A program made the translations under genes and the position numbers. The notes under the pieces are model-generated. The model ran no database searches, had not been told where the DNA came from, and saw only the letters and a list, made by a program, of their open reading frames with translations. From positions 1 through 41,327 of the IMG/VR virus record IMGVR_UViG_3300032893_000129: DNA of 41,327 bases; one strand, 5' to 3'. This DNA comes from a virus. This document shows positions 1-8,338 of the stretch, piece by piece; within the stretch, counting starts at the first letter, position 1; each line of letters starts with the position of its first letter.

Positions 1-126
1 TAAACGGCTCCTCGATGGATTATGTCGCCCTTATCCATTTTAAACTTTGGTTCCATGACAGCTCCTTTTCTGTGGCATCGAAGCCACGGTTAAATATAAA
101 CAAAAATGCTTGATAGCGACGGCTCG
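1..126. repeat. Terminal direct repeat, left copy
   Basis: Bases 1-126 (TAAACGGCTCCTCGATGG...GATAGCGACGGCTCG) read identical to 41202-41327. Confidence 0.95.
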
Positions 127-704
127 CTATCAAGCGCGGCTCTCTTCGGGCCTGCTCTGACTCCAAGCGCGTTGGTCGAATAGTCAGAGTGAAAACAGGT
201 CAAAAAGGCATGACCAATTTCCGTTCAAAGTCCCATTAAAACCGAGTTAAATATTTTCGGTTTAGGTGCCTTTTACGGTGCAATCGCTGCGCCAAAACCG
301 AAAATGCGCTGGCCCCTAATTGCACTTAGCGGCCTGGTTTCGTGCGCGTGAATCGAATAGCCCGCGTGCGTTGATACGTGCGAGTCTAGAGCTACTCTAT
401 CGGCTACTCTAGGTCGTGCCTCGAGTCGCCGGGTGCCTCGGTAGGTGCAAAAATCGCGCCAAAAATCAAGTAATTCTCAATACTTAGTTTGTTTAGGTTG
501 AGGCAATTTGGGGGAGTGACGAAAAACGGCGCCAGGGCCGCAAAATGCGTCACTTTCCACGGCGCAAAAATCGTCACTTTCAACAATTTCGCCGATTTAG
601 CGGTTTGGCCCGGTCGGTGCAATGGTGCCGAACGTCCCGGCGGCATGGTGCCAAAGGTACAAAAACTAACCTGCACGATCGAATCGTGCGAAGAGGAGAA
701 TCCC
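57..704. promoter_or_regulatory. Divergent non-coding control region between the leftward early operon and the rightward arm
   Basis: There is no credible ORF across 648 nt. Dyads lie at 108-135 (11-bp perfect stem), 155-162/182-189 and 239-245/257-263. Direct repeats are GCTACTCTA (391-399, 403-411), GTGCCTCG (416-423, 433-440) and CAAAA(A)T(G)CGTCACTTTC (541-557, 565-581). Confidence 0.6.
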
Positions 705-1010
705 ATGGATACGAATACAAAAACGGTCATTGACTACTCGAAAATGACCCCCGAGCAACTTGTCGCGGAACTTAAGCGTCGCGATGAAAAAGGCACACGC
801 AAAGGCACGCCAGTCGGCGAGGGCCTTAGCGTTCAGATAGGTGAAAAAGGTGGCATTAGCCTTTACGGTCTTCAGCGTATGCCCGTTACGCTGTATTTTA
901 ATCAATGGCAAAAACTCGCTGCATCAATCGGCGCGATTGTTGAGTTTGGCAACGCTCATCGCGACCAATTGAAACTCGAGAAGCCGGCCGTCGTTTCGAA
1001 GCCCGCCTAA
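705..1010 (+). CDS. Small protein with an N-terminal HeH/SAP-like motif; possible DNA-binding protein
   Basis: The ATG at 705 follows GAGGAGAA. The 'MTPEQLVAELKRRDEKG' segment resembles SAP/HeH motifs. A terminator follows. The long 489 start in the ORF track adds implausible Cys/Arg-rich sequence. Confidence 0.6.
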   Translation: MDTNTKTVIDYSKMTPEQLVAELKRRDEKGTRKGTPVGEGLSVQIGEKGGISLYGLQRMPVTLYFNQWQKLAASIGAIVEFGNAHRDQLKLEKPAVVSKPA

Positions 1011-1036
1011 ATAAACAACTCAAGTTTACTGCACCT

Positions 1037-1066
1037 AAACCCGATGTTAAACCCATCGGGTTTTTT
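1037..1066 (+). terminator. Rho-independent terminator
   Basis: Stem CCCGATG (1040-1046) pairs with CATCGGG (1054-1060) around a 7-nt loop, followed by T6 at 1061-1066. Confidence 0.75.
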
Positions 1067-1269
1067 GTTATCTAAGTGCGCGAAAATTGTCACTTCTGCC
1101 AAAAAGTTCAACACCATTTTAAAACTCGTATTCGCCTCGCCATTAAGTTTTTGATCTAACCCCTAACTTCGTCTCGTTTCGGCGCGCCGCGTCTCGCTAT
1201 TGGTCGCTAATGCGTTTTAAACCGCCATTGCAGTTGCGTTTCGAATCGCCGGTGCATTAGTTTGGGAAC

Positions 1270-1776
1270 ATGAGCGGCGGCGCACTACCTAAACCCAAAC
1301 TCCAAGACTTCGACATCGAAAGGTTCATCGCGTATATCACTCAGGGCGATCGTATTGCAGATGCGAGGGCCAAGTGTAATATAAGCCCGACTCAATTGGT
1401 ATATCTGTTAGCTGACTACCCTGAGTTTTCGGTTCGATTCCAACAAGCCCGCGCGCACGGTTTAGATGAGATGGCAGAGAATATCATGAGCATTGCTGAG
1501 AGCGAGATTGACGTTCGGCGCGCGGATGTGCGTATCAAGGCAACGCAATGGTATCTCTCCAAACGTCGCGCCGCGATTTATGGGGATCGCCTCGAGTTGG
1601 AGGTGCGAAACACCGTGGATATCGGCGGCGCGTTGAGCGAAGCGCTGAGTCGAGCTATTCCACAACGTATTGAAACTATTGAACTAAATCCAATACAGCT
1701 AACAGGTTCTAAACCTGTAGAAGTCGATGACGCGCCGAGTGAACAGGTAGAATCCTTTGACAGGCTTTTAGAGTAG
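1270..1776 (+). CDS. terS: Terminase small subunit (HTH type)
   Basis: N-terminal HTH-like segment 'CNISPTQLVYLLADYPEF', then 'RIKATQWYLSKRRAAIYGDR', which is typical of small-terminase families. It lies upstream of terL. Confidence 0.65.
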   Translation: MSGGALPKPKLQDFDIERFIAYITQGDRIADARAKCNISPTQLVYLLADYPEFSVRFQQARAHGLDEMAENIMSIAESEIDVRRADVRIKATQWYLSKRRAAIYGDRLELEVRNTVDIGGALSEALSRAIPQRIETIELNPIQLTGSKPVEVDDAPSEQVESFDRLLE

Positions 1777-2080
1777 GACTATAGGGCCGCGCGCGGGATA
1801 TAATTTCCCAAAAGACCGGGGTAGGGGTGGCGCGGGGGAGCCGCGCGCGCGAACCGAGCAATTCAGCGGTACCTTGAAAAGCTGCCAATGCTACTTCTGC
1901 GATTCCGCTACGCAATTAGCGAAGAGGCGCGCAAGGGTGAAAGTTCATTTCGGCTCAAAATTTTAAAATTTTTTCACGGCATTAATAACCCGCCGCGTTG
2001 TAAATTTTACAAACCGGTCGAATATATAGATCGAAAAAATTTTCTAGCGTTCTCGCATCCAAGCTGCCACCTTCGGAGAT

Positions 2081-4063
2081 ATGAAAACTTTTCTACTTGC
2101 TTTGATCTTCGCGGGTTTTCCTCTGGTCAGCAGCGCAATGCCGATCGACGCTCAAGCGCCGCCGAGCCTGGTTCTCGTGACCAACCCAAGCGACAATCCT
2201 GTCAACGTGACTGGTATAGTGACAGTGAATTCTCTGCCAAACAACACCGGCCAATTTCCAATGGCACAGTCAGTGAGTGTGGCGATTGCGAGTGATCAAT
2301 CGACTATCCCGATTTCCAATACGGACCTTCCACCGGGAGCCGCAACCGATGCAACTCTGTCTGCGATCAATGCGACGATTTCAAGCTTTCAGTCGGCTAA
2401 CCACACGGACTTAGTTCAAGTTGACACGGATCTTTTGGCAAACAATGCGATCGCAGCGGCGTTTCAGTCAGCAAATCACACTGACCTTTCCCAAGTGGAT
2501 ACTGATATTTTGGCCTTTAAGTCTGCGAATCATACTGATCTAAACCAAATTAATACGACTCTTGGAAGTCCTTTCCAAGCGGGAGGTTCAATTGGCAATG
2601 CGAGTTTTGGTATTTCGGGCACTCTCCCTGGCTTTGCTTCTACTCCTACTGTCAATCTTGGCACTATCGGTGCTGCTGCAACTGACGCAGAACTTGTTGC
2701 AATTAATGGAACATTGGGTTCACCAATGCAGAATTCGGGTGGATCGGTCACTGCGAATGCGGGGACGAACCTAAATACCTCAGCCTTAAATCTCGAGACA
2801 ACTCAGAGCAGCTTTAAGTCAGCAAATCACACGGACTTAAACCAAATCAATACGACGCTTGGAACTCCGATGCAAAACTCCGGCGGCTCAGTCACGGTCA
2901 ACGCCGGGACCAATCTCAATACGAGCGCGCTAAATCTTGAGACAACCCAGAGCGCTTTTAAGACTGCAAACCATAATGATTTTACGACTTTGTTTGGCGT
3001 ATTGCCGGCGTCTCTTGGTCAAAAAGCGATGGCCAATTCTTTTCCCATAGCTGTGGCAAGCGATCAATTGGCCGTTCTTACCAAGTATAATCCTGGCACG
3101 ATGGAACTCTTTGGAACATTGACTAGTTCGCAACGAGTTTTGCATATCAATCAACCCTTTTTCACGGGAACGTTAAGTAACTTAGTGACTCTTACCGTTG
3201 CGGGAACGGGTGCGGGATCCATCGCAAATGGGGAAGCAACGTTTTCAACCGGCACGACGACCGCTTCCAGTTCGAAAGGCGTATCTCTCACAAGTACACG
3301 GTATCAATCGGGCCAAGAGATATTTGCGATGTTCACCGCGGCGTTCACTTCGCCGGTAGCGGGTACCACGCAGAGAATTGGACTCTATGACGCCAACAAC
3401 GGTTTTTTCATTGGATATAGCGGGACCACGTTTGGAGTGTCCCTAAGGACCGGTGCCGCTGATACTACGGTTAACGCTGGAAGCTGGAACATCGATAATC
3501 TGACGGGAGCCGCCGGATCAAGGTTCACGAGTGCAGGTTCTCCCGTTGCCATTGATTTGACCAAACTCAATGTGTATCGCATTCGATTTGGTTGGCTTGG
3601 AGCTGCACCAATCTACTACGAAGTCTTGTCTCCCGATGGCGACTGGGTCACATTTCACGTTAATCGATATCCGAATAGCTCATCTCTTCCAAGCATTCAA
3701 AATCCAAACCTTCCGGTTACAGTTGAAGTTTCAAATGGTGCGACCACGAGCAACATTTCAATTGCGACGGCTTGCTGGGGAGCTGGTGGCGCTGGCGGCG
3801 AACTGGTTTGGAGTCCAAAGCACGTGGCGGGCGCAGCTACGACCGTGGTTAAATACAGTCCGGGCGTTCTTCATTCCGTGTGTCAAAATTCTCAAGCTGG
3901 AACGACAACGGTCTATGACAATACGGCCGGCAGCGGCACGATCATTGCCGCTATCAATACGGCGAGCTCGCCGTCTTGTCTGGTTTACGATGCTTATTTT
4001 TCAACGGGGCTTACGGTTGTGACGACGAATGCGAGCAACGACATTACCGTTAACTATCAGTGA
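2081..4063 (+). CDS. Secreted repeat protein (adhesin/fibre-like) with a C-terminal beta-sandwich-like region
   Basis: Sec-type N-terminus MKTFLLALIFAGFPLVSSA|MP. Repeated (F/K)SANHTDL..(V/I)(D/N)T units and two 48-aa repeats. Rich in NxT/S. The C-terminal roughly 350 aa is rich in predicted beta strand. Confidence 0.8.
   Translation: MKTFLLALIFAGFPLVSSAMPIDAQAPPSLVLVTNPSDNPVNVTGIVTVNSLPNNTGQFPMAQSVSVAIASDQSTIPISNTDLPPGAATDATLSAINATISSFQSANHTDLVQVDTDLLANNAIAAAFQSANHTDLSQVDTDILAFKSANHTDLNQINTTLGSPFQAGGSIGNASFGISGTLPGFASTPTVNLGTIGAAATDAELVAINGTLGSPMQNSGGSVTANAGTNLNTSALNLETTQSSFKSANHTDLNQINTTLGTPMQNSGGSVTVNAGTNLNTSALNLETTQSAFKTANHNDFTTLFGVLPASLGQKAMANSFPIAVASDQLAVLTKYNPGTMELFGTLTSSQRVLHINQPFFTGTLSNLVTLTVAGTGAGSIANGEATFSTGTTTASSSKGVSLTSTRYQSGQEIFAMFTAAFTSPVAGTTQRIGLYDANNGFFIGYSGTTFGVSLRTGAADTTVNAGSWNIDNLTGAAGSRFTSAGSPVAIDLTKLNVYRIRFGWLGAAPIYYEVLSPDGDWVTFHVNRYPNSSSLPSIQNPNLPVTVEVSNGATTSNISIATACWGAGGAGGELVWSPKHVAGAATTVVKYSPGVLHSVCQNSQAGTTTVYDNTAGSGTIIAAINTASSPSCLVYDAYFSTGLTVVTTNASNDITVNYQ
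2384..3001 (+). repeat. In-frame tandem repeats inside the 2081-4063 CDS
   Basis: There are five SANH(T/N)D units. The 48-codon units at 2714-2857 and 2858-3001 (LG(S/T)PMQNSGGSVT.NAGTNLNTSALNLETTQS.FK.ANH) differ mostly at third codon positions. Confidence 0.85.
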
Positions 4064-4071
4064 GGAAACAA

Positions 4072-4530
4072 ATGTCAGTAAAGATTTCGACTTTCACGAC
4101 CACGACAGATGGGACGACAGGGCTTGGAACGATTTCGGTGAAAATTCCAGGTACGTTTTCTGGCTTTGATTCAACTTCTGCTTCGTGGCAGGGAAGGCAG
4201 CTTTTGAAAGCAGGAGTTTGGCTAGAAAATCGTGCTGTTGGCGACATGATAAATGCTGCCTACATTAACGACACCGATGGCGTCATACCCGTGCCAGCTA
4301 GGGGAGCCTTTCCAAACTATCCGGTGATAAAAAATCTTCACGACGATTCCATGTCTAGCGCCAATCAAGGAATAACTTTTCCCCCGGAAAGCGAGGTTTT
4401 TAAGGTCGAGTTTCCAAGCAACATGAATGCGAAGGTGGCAGCGGGCCTTTATCTAGTTATCACCGCAAAAAAGGCAATTCCTGCTGTGGACACCGTGGTC
4501 GTTAATTTAGCAATGGATGATGCAACTTAG
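4072..4530 (+). CDS. Hypothetical beta-rich protein, partner of the secreted repeat protein
   Basis: The ATG at 4072 follows GAGGA (4062-4066). The track's GTG at 4060 overlaps the upstream stop. The stop abuts the terL ATG (TAGATG). Confidence 0.65.
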   Translation: MSVKISTFTTTTDGTTGLGTISVKIPGTFSGFDSTSASWQGRQLLKAGVWLENRAVGDMINAAYINDTDGVIPVPARGAFPNYPVIKNLHDDSMSSANQGITFPPESEVFKVEFPSNMNAKVAAGLYLVITAKKAIPAVDTVVVNLAMDDAT

Positions 4531-6093
4531 ATGGCAAGAATCGTCTCCCCTTATTCCCCACAAGACGAACAGCGGCTCATGGTAGAACTCTGGGATCCAA
4601 GGCTTAAAGACGACTTACGTAAATTTGTAATGTTCGCTTTCCCTTGGGGCAAGCGTGGAACTCCCCTTGAGAATTTCAAGGAGCCGCGGAAGTGGCAAAT
4701 CGAAGAGCTCGAGCGAATGACCGAGCACATTGCAAAGCAAAAGAATAAGATCGCACTTGGCATTCATCCAGAGATGTACAAGTCTGCCACGGCGTCAGGC
4801 CGCGGGGTGGGCAAGTCTGCTCTCACCGCTTGGCTAAATTGGTGGTTTCTCACCACCCGGCTTGGTGGAACGGCGATCACGACTGCCAACACCGAGGCGC
4901 AGCTTAAGTCTAGAACTTGGGCTGAAATGGGAAAGTGGCATACGCTCGCGATCAATTCCCATTGGTTTGAGAGGACTGCGCTCTCGCTCAATCCCGCGGA
5001 TTGGTTTAAGGAAGCTTTAGCAAAACTTAAAATCGATACGGGATATTACTATGGCCAAGCACAAATCTGGAATGAAGAATCTCCCGACAGTTTCGCAGGC
5101 GTCCACAACCAAGCTGGCGTCCTTCTCGTCATGGATGAGGGATCAGGCATTCCGGAGCCGATTTGGACGGTTAGCGAAGGTTTTTTTACCGAGCCGATTC
5201 TCGACAGATACCACTTTGCCTTTTCCAATCCCAGACGAAACACGGGAAGCTTTTTCGAGTGCTTTCATCGATACCGTAACTACTGGTACCGGCGTAATCT
5301 CGATTCAAGAACGGTCGAAGGGACTGACCATACGCTGCTTAACCAGATCGTAGAAAAATATGGGGAGGATTCCGATGAGGCCAGAATCGAAGTCAAGGGA
5401 GAATTTCCAAGGCAGGGAGATCGGCAGTTTATCAGTCGAGAACTTGCAGAAAATGCCCGTGTTCGTGAATTGGACCGATACGACGATCATGCAGCCCTTT
5501 GCATGGGGGTCGATCCCGCACGTTATGGTGATGATTCAACGGTTATCTGCTTTCGACGAGGACGGGACGCCCGTAGCATTCCGGCAATAAAGCTCAAAGG
5601 TGCCGACAACATGGTCGTCGCAAACAAATGTGCTGAGCTCATTACAAAGTACAATCCAGACGCAGTTTTCATCGATGGGGGTGCGGGTGCCGGCATCATC
5701 GATCGGCTCAAGGAGATGGGCTACAAGGTGCATGAGGTTTTGTTTGGTGGCGCGAGCGAAAGCCAAGAGTTTGCTGATCATAGGACTGAACTCTGGTCAA
5801 GGCTTCGCGAATGGCTCTCTGGCGGCATGATTCCGGCAGATCAGGAGCTCGTTGACGATTTGACCGGGCCTCAGTACAAATTCCAGGGGATTTCTGACAG
5901 ATTGAAACTCGAATCTAAGGAAGAAATGAAAAAACGCGGGCTCTCAAGTCCCGATAACGCGGATGCTTTGGCGGTGACGTTCCATGCCAAAGTCGCGCGC
6001 AAAGACTTGTTTGCAAGTAGAAGACGCGGTGACGGCCGCTCCTTTGGTCGGGAAAGAATCGCTCGCGATGTGGACTATGATGTTTTTGGTTGA
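4531..6093 (+). CDS. terL: Terminase large subunit
   Basis: Walker A 'SGRGVGKS', Walker B 'LLVMDEGSG', and the nuclease-domain motif 'GVDPARYGDDSTVICFRRG'. Confidence 0.92.
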   Translation: MARIVSPYSPQDEQRLMVELWDPRLKDDLRKFVMFAFPWGKRGTPLENFKEPRKWQIEELERMTEHIAKQKNKIALGIHPEMYKSATASGRGVGKSALTAWLNWWFLTTRLGGTAITTANTEAQLKSRTWAEMGKWHTLAINSHWFERTALSLNPADWFKEALAKLKIDTGYYYGQAQIWNEESPDSFAGVHNQAGVLLVMDEGSGIPEPIWTVSEGFFTEPILDRYHFAFSNPRRNTGSFFECFHRYRNYWYRRNLDSRTVEGTDHTLLNQIVEKYGEDSDEARIEVKGEFPRQGDRQFISRELAENARVRELDRYDDHAALCMGVDPARYGDDSTVICFRRGRDARSIPAIKLKGADNMVVANKCAELITKYNPDAVFIDGGAGAGIIDRLKEMGYKVHEVLFGGASESQEFADHRTELWSRLREWLSGGMIPADQELVDDLTGPQYKFQGISDRLKLESKEEMKKRGLSSPDNADALAVTFHAKVARKDLFASRRRGDGRSFGRERIARDVDYDVFG

Positions 6094-6129
6094 TCAGTTA
6101 AGCTAAAGTAGAGGAGCATTGCATTCAAT

Positions 6130-6375
6130 ATGGCAGCGATAACACCGGCGGCTCAAGGCGTGGCAGCATTCATGGGGATTCAACAGATCGCAAAACCCCC
6201 AGCACTTGAACAAGGTGGGCCCGCTCCCGGAGATGATCCAGCAGTCAAGCAAGCGATGATGCAAGCGGCGGAAGAGCAACGCCGGTCGCGCGGACTTGCC
6301 GCAAACATTCTAACCAGCGGTCAAGGATTGCTCGATACGCCCAACACCGCTCAACGCGTTTTATTGGGGTCTTAA
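6130..6375 (+). CDS. Small low-complexity protein (possible virion protein)
   Basis: Tightly packed between terL and the portal gene. It carries 'RRSRGLAANILTSGQGL....RVLLGS' at the C-terminus. Confidence 0.55.
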   Translation: MAAITPAAQGVAAFMGIQQIAKPPALEQGGPAPGDDPAVKQAMMQAAEEQRRSRGLAANILTSGQGLLDTPNTAQRVLLGS

Positions 6376-6624
6376 ATGGCAGGAATTTTTGGTGGACAGC
6401 AAAGAAGTCAAATGCCAGCGTATGCGATTCCAGTCACTCAAACGTTTAACGATTTGAACAAGCCTGGAACCGGTGCTCCGGGCACTCCGCCGGATCCGAA
6501 TCAAACGCAAAACCCAGCATCAAAACTTGGGAAGGCAGCTCAGATGCTCCAAAATCCTCCGCCTACTCTGCAAAACCCGGGACAGTCAAGCAAGGGCCTG
6601 GCGACCCGAATGCTGGGGTACTAG
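6376..6624 (+). CDS. Small Pro/Gln-rich protein
   Basis: Abuts its neighbours (TAAATG at 6373-6378; TAGATG at 6622-6627). The C-terminal '...ATRMLGY' echoes the previous ORF. Confidence 0.5.
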   Translation: MAGIFGGQQRSQMPAYAIPVTQTFNDLNKPGTGAPGTPPDPNQTQNPASKLGKAAQMLQNPPPTLQNPGQSSKGLATRMLGY

Positions 6625-8319
6625 ATGGAATTATCTCCGGTCACGACGCTTTCAAACGGGCCAGTTTCAAAAGCCAAAAACCTTGCCGACGTTGCTCAAG
6701 AAGTGCTCTTCGAATTTAGGCAAGTGTCAGGCGATCGCGGAAACTGGGAAGCGCATTGGACGGAAATTGCCGAGCGCATTTGGCCAAACCACAGCTTTCT
6801 TTTCATGGGATTTGGCATTCAGAAAACCGAAGGTGAAAAACGCACGTTTCGGCTCTTTGATTCGACCGCAGCGCTCGCTTTAAACCGGTTCGGTGCGATT
6901 CTTGATTCGCTTCTCACGCCTCGCAATCAGAAATGGCACAGGCTTAAGCCGGCCGACAAGATGCTTGAGAAAAATCATGAAGTCATGATGTGGTTTGAAG
7001 TGGTCAACGATCTACTTTTTAAGTATCGGTACGCACCACAGGCCAACTTTTCAAGTCAAAATCAGCTCGTTTACAAGTCTCTTGGGGCTTATGGCACAGG
7101 CGCCATGTTCATCGATTCCTTGGCCAATGAACCAGGACTTCGCTACAAAAATACTTTCCTAGGTGAGATGTACTTCTTTGAAAATCATCAAGGGATTGTC
7201 GATCGTGCGATTCGCCACTTCATGATGCGAGCTCGTCCCGCAGCACAACTCTGGGGAGATACGCTGCCCGATGAGATCAAGCAAGCGGCCATAAACTTCC
7301 CCAATAGACCCTATTATTTTCTTCATTGTGTCAAACCCCGCGGCGAGCCTGCTATCTTTAGAAAAGATTATAAGGGAATGCCGTATGCGTCTTACTACGT
7401 TTCGGTCACGGGAGCTGCTGGTCTTAGTGAGGGTGGCTATCGTACTTTCCCTTACGCTGTTCCTCGGTACGAACAGATGCCCCATGAAGTTTACGGTAGA
7501 TCACCTGCGATGGACGTCCTCCCGGCGATCAAGACGCTTAACGAGCAAAAGAAGGCGATGCTCAAACAGGCGCACCGGGTTATCGATCCAATCCTCTTGG
7601 TTCATGACGATGGCATCATTGACACGTTCTCGCTAAAGCCAGGCGCGATGAATGCCGGCGGCATTAGTGCCGATGGAAGGCCGCTTGTTCAACCTTTGCC
7701 GACTGGAAACGTTCAGCTTGGAAAGGAGATGATGGATGAGGAGCGAAACCTCATTAACGACGCTTTCCTTGTCTCCTTGTTCCAAATTCTCGTTCAAACT
7801 CCCGAGATGACGGCAACCGAGGCGCTTGAGCGTGCGCGTGAGAAGGGGATTCTCTTAAATCCCACTCTTGGCCGCCAACAATCTGAATATCTTGGCCCGA
7901 TGATCGATCGTGAGATCGACGTCCTCATGTCACAAAACTTGCTGCCACCGATGCCAAAGATTTTAAAGCAGGCGCAAGGTGAATACATCGCGGAATACGA
8001 TTCGCCACTCTCGCGCGCACAGCGGGCTGAGGAAGCCTCTGGCCTCATGCGAACGATTGAGTCAGCCCTTCAAATCGTGCAAGTGACTCAAAATCCGGAA
8101 CCGCTTGACTTTTTCAACTGGGATGTTGTTATCCCAGAAGTCGCAAGTATCAATGGAACCCCCCTAGCTTGGATGCGAACGCTTGATCAAGTGAAGATCA
8201 TTCGCAACCAGCGATCCCAAGATGCGCAGATAAACCAAGCGATCACGGCAGCACCGGGTGCAGCCGCGATGATCAAGGCAGGAGCCGCAGCTCAAAAAGC
8301 GGGCGGCGGAAACGGTTAG
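6625..8319 (+). CDS. Portal (head-tail connector) protein, podovirus type
   Basis: 564 aa, lying after terL. The N-terminal 'W..HWTEIAERIWP' resembles T7 gp8-type connector families. Confidence 0.8.
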   Translation: MELSPVTTLSNGPVSKAKNLADVAQEVLFEFRQVSGDRGNWEAHWTEIAERIWPNHSFLFMGFGIQKTEGEKRTFRLFDSTAALALNRFGAILDSLLTPRNQKWHRLKPADKMLEKNHEVMMWFEVVNDLLFKYRYAPQANFSSQNQLVYKSLGAYGTGAMFIDSLANEPGLRYKNTFLGEMYFFENHQGIVDRAIRHFMMRARPAAQLWGDTLPDEIKQAAINFPNRPYYFLHCVKPRGEPAIFRKDYKGMPYASYYVSVTGAAGLSEGGYRTFPYAVPRYEQMPHEVYGRSPAMDVLPAIKTLNEQKKAMLKQAHRVIDPILLVHDDGIIDTFSLKPGAMNAGGISADGRPLVQPLPTGNVQLGKEMMDEERNLINDAFLVSLFQILVQTPEMTATEALERAREKGILLNPTLGRQQSEYLGPMIDREIDVLMSQNLLPPMPKILKQAQGEYIAEYDSPLSRAQRAEEASGLMRTIESALQIVQVTQNPEPLDFFNWDVVIPEVASINGTPLAWMRTLDQVKIIRNQRSQDAQINQAITAAPGAAAMIKAGAAAQKAGGGNG

Positions 8320-8338
8320 CAGATAGCTAGGGGTTTGA

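Noticed and set aside
1-126. Genuine T7-style direct terminal repeats
   Set aside because: The repeat begins inside a coding sequence and ends inside a hairpin, which looks like an assembly overlap. I keep it as an open question in the findings rather than as a called feature.
489-704. Long N-terminal extension of the 705-1010 gene (track start at 489), and the 404-730(-) and 545-733(+) ORFs
   Set aside because: No RBS and unnatural composition. The region is full of DNA repeats and dyads, so it is better explained as regulatory DNA. The ATG at 705 has a good GAGGAG RBS.
1236-1252. TTCGAATC T-loop-like string (GCGTTTCGAATCGCC) as a possible tRNA or attP core
   Set aside because: The flanking bases do not form a T-stem or acceptor stem. 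I found no cloverleaf here or in the other gaps (57-704, 34515-34815).
1888-2295. 135-aa ORF spanning the non-coding insert leader and the start of the secreted-protein gene
   Set aside because: It overlaps the well-supported 2081 CDS out of frame, has no RBS, and its sequence is Arg/Ser/Cys-rich.
2384-3001. Diversity-generating retroelement (template/variable repeat pair), considered because parts of the head module resemble my recollection of BPP-1
   Set aside because: The repeats are in-frame tandem protein repeats within one gene. Their differences are not adenine-specific, and no reverse transcriptase gene is present anywhere in the genome.
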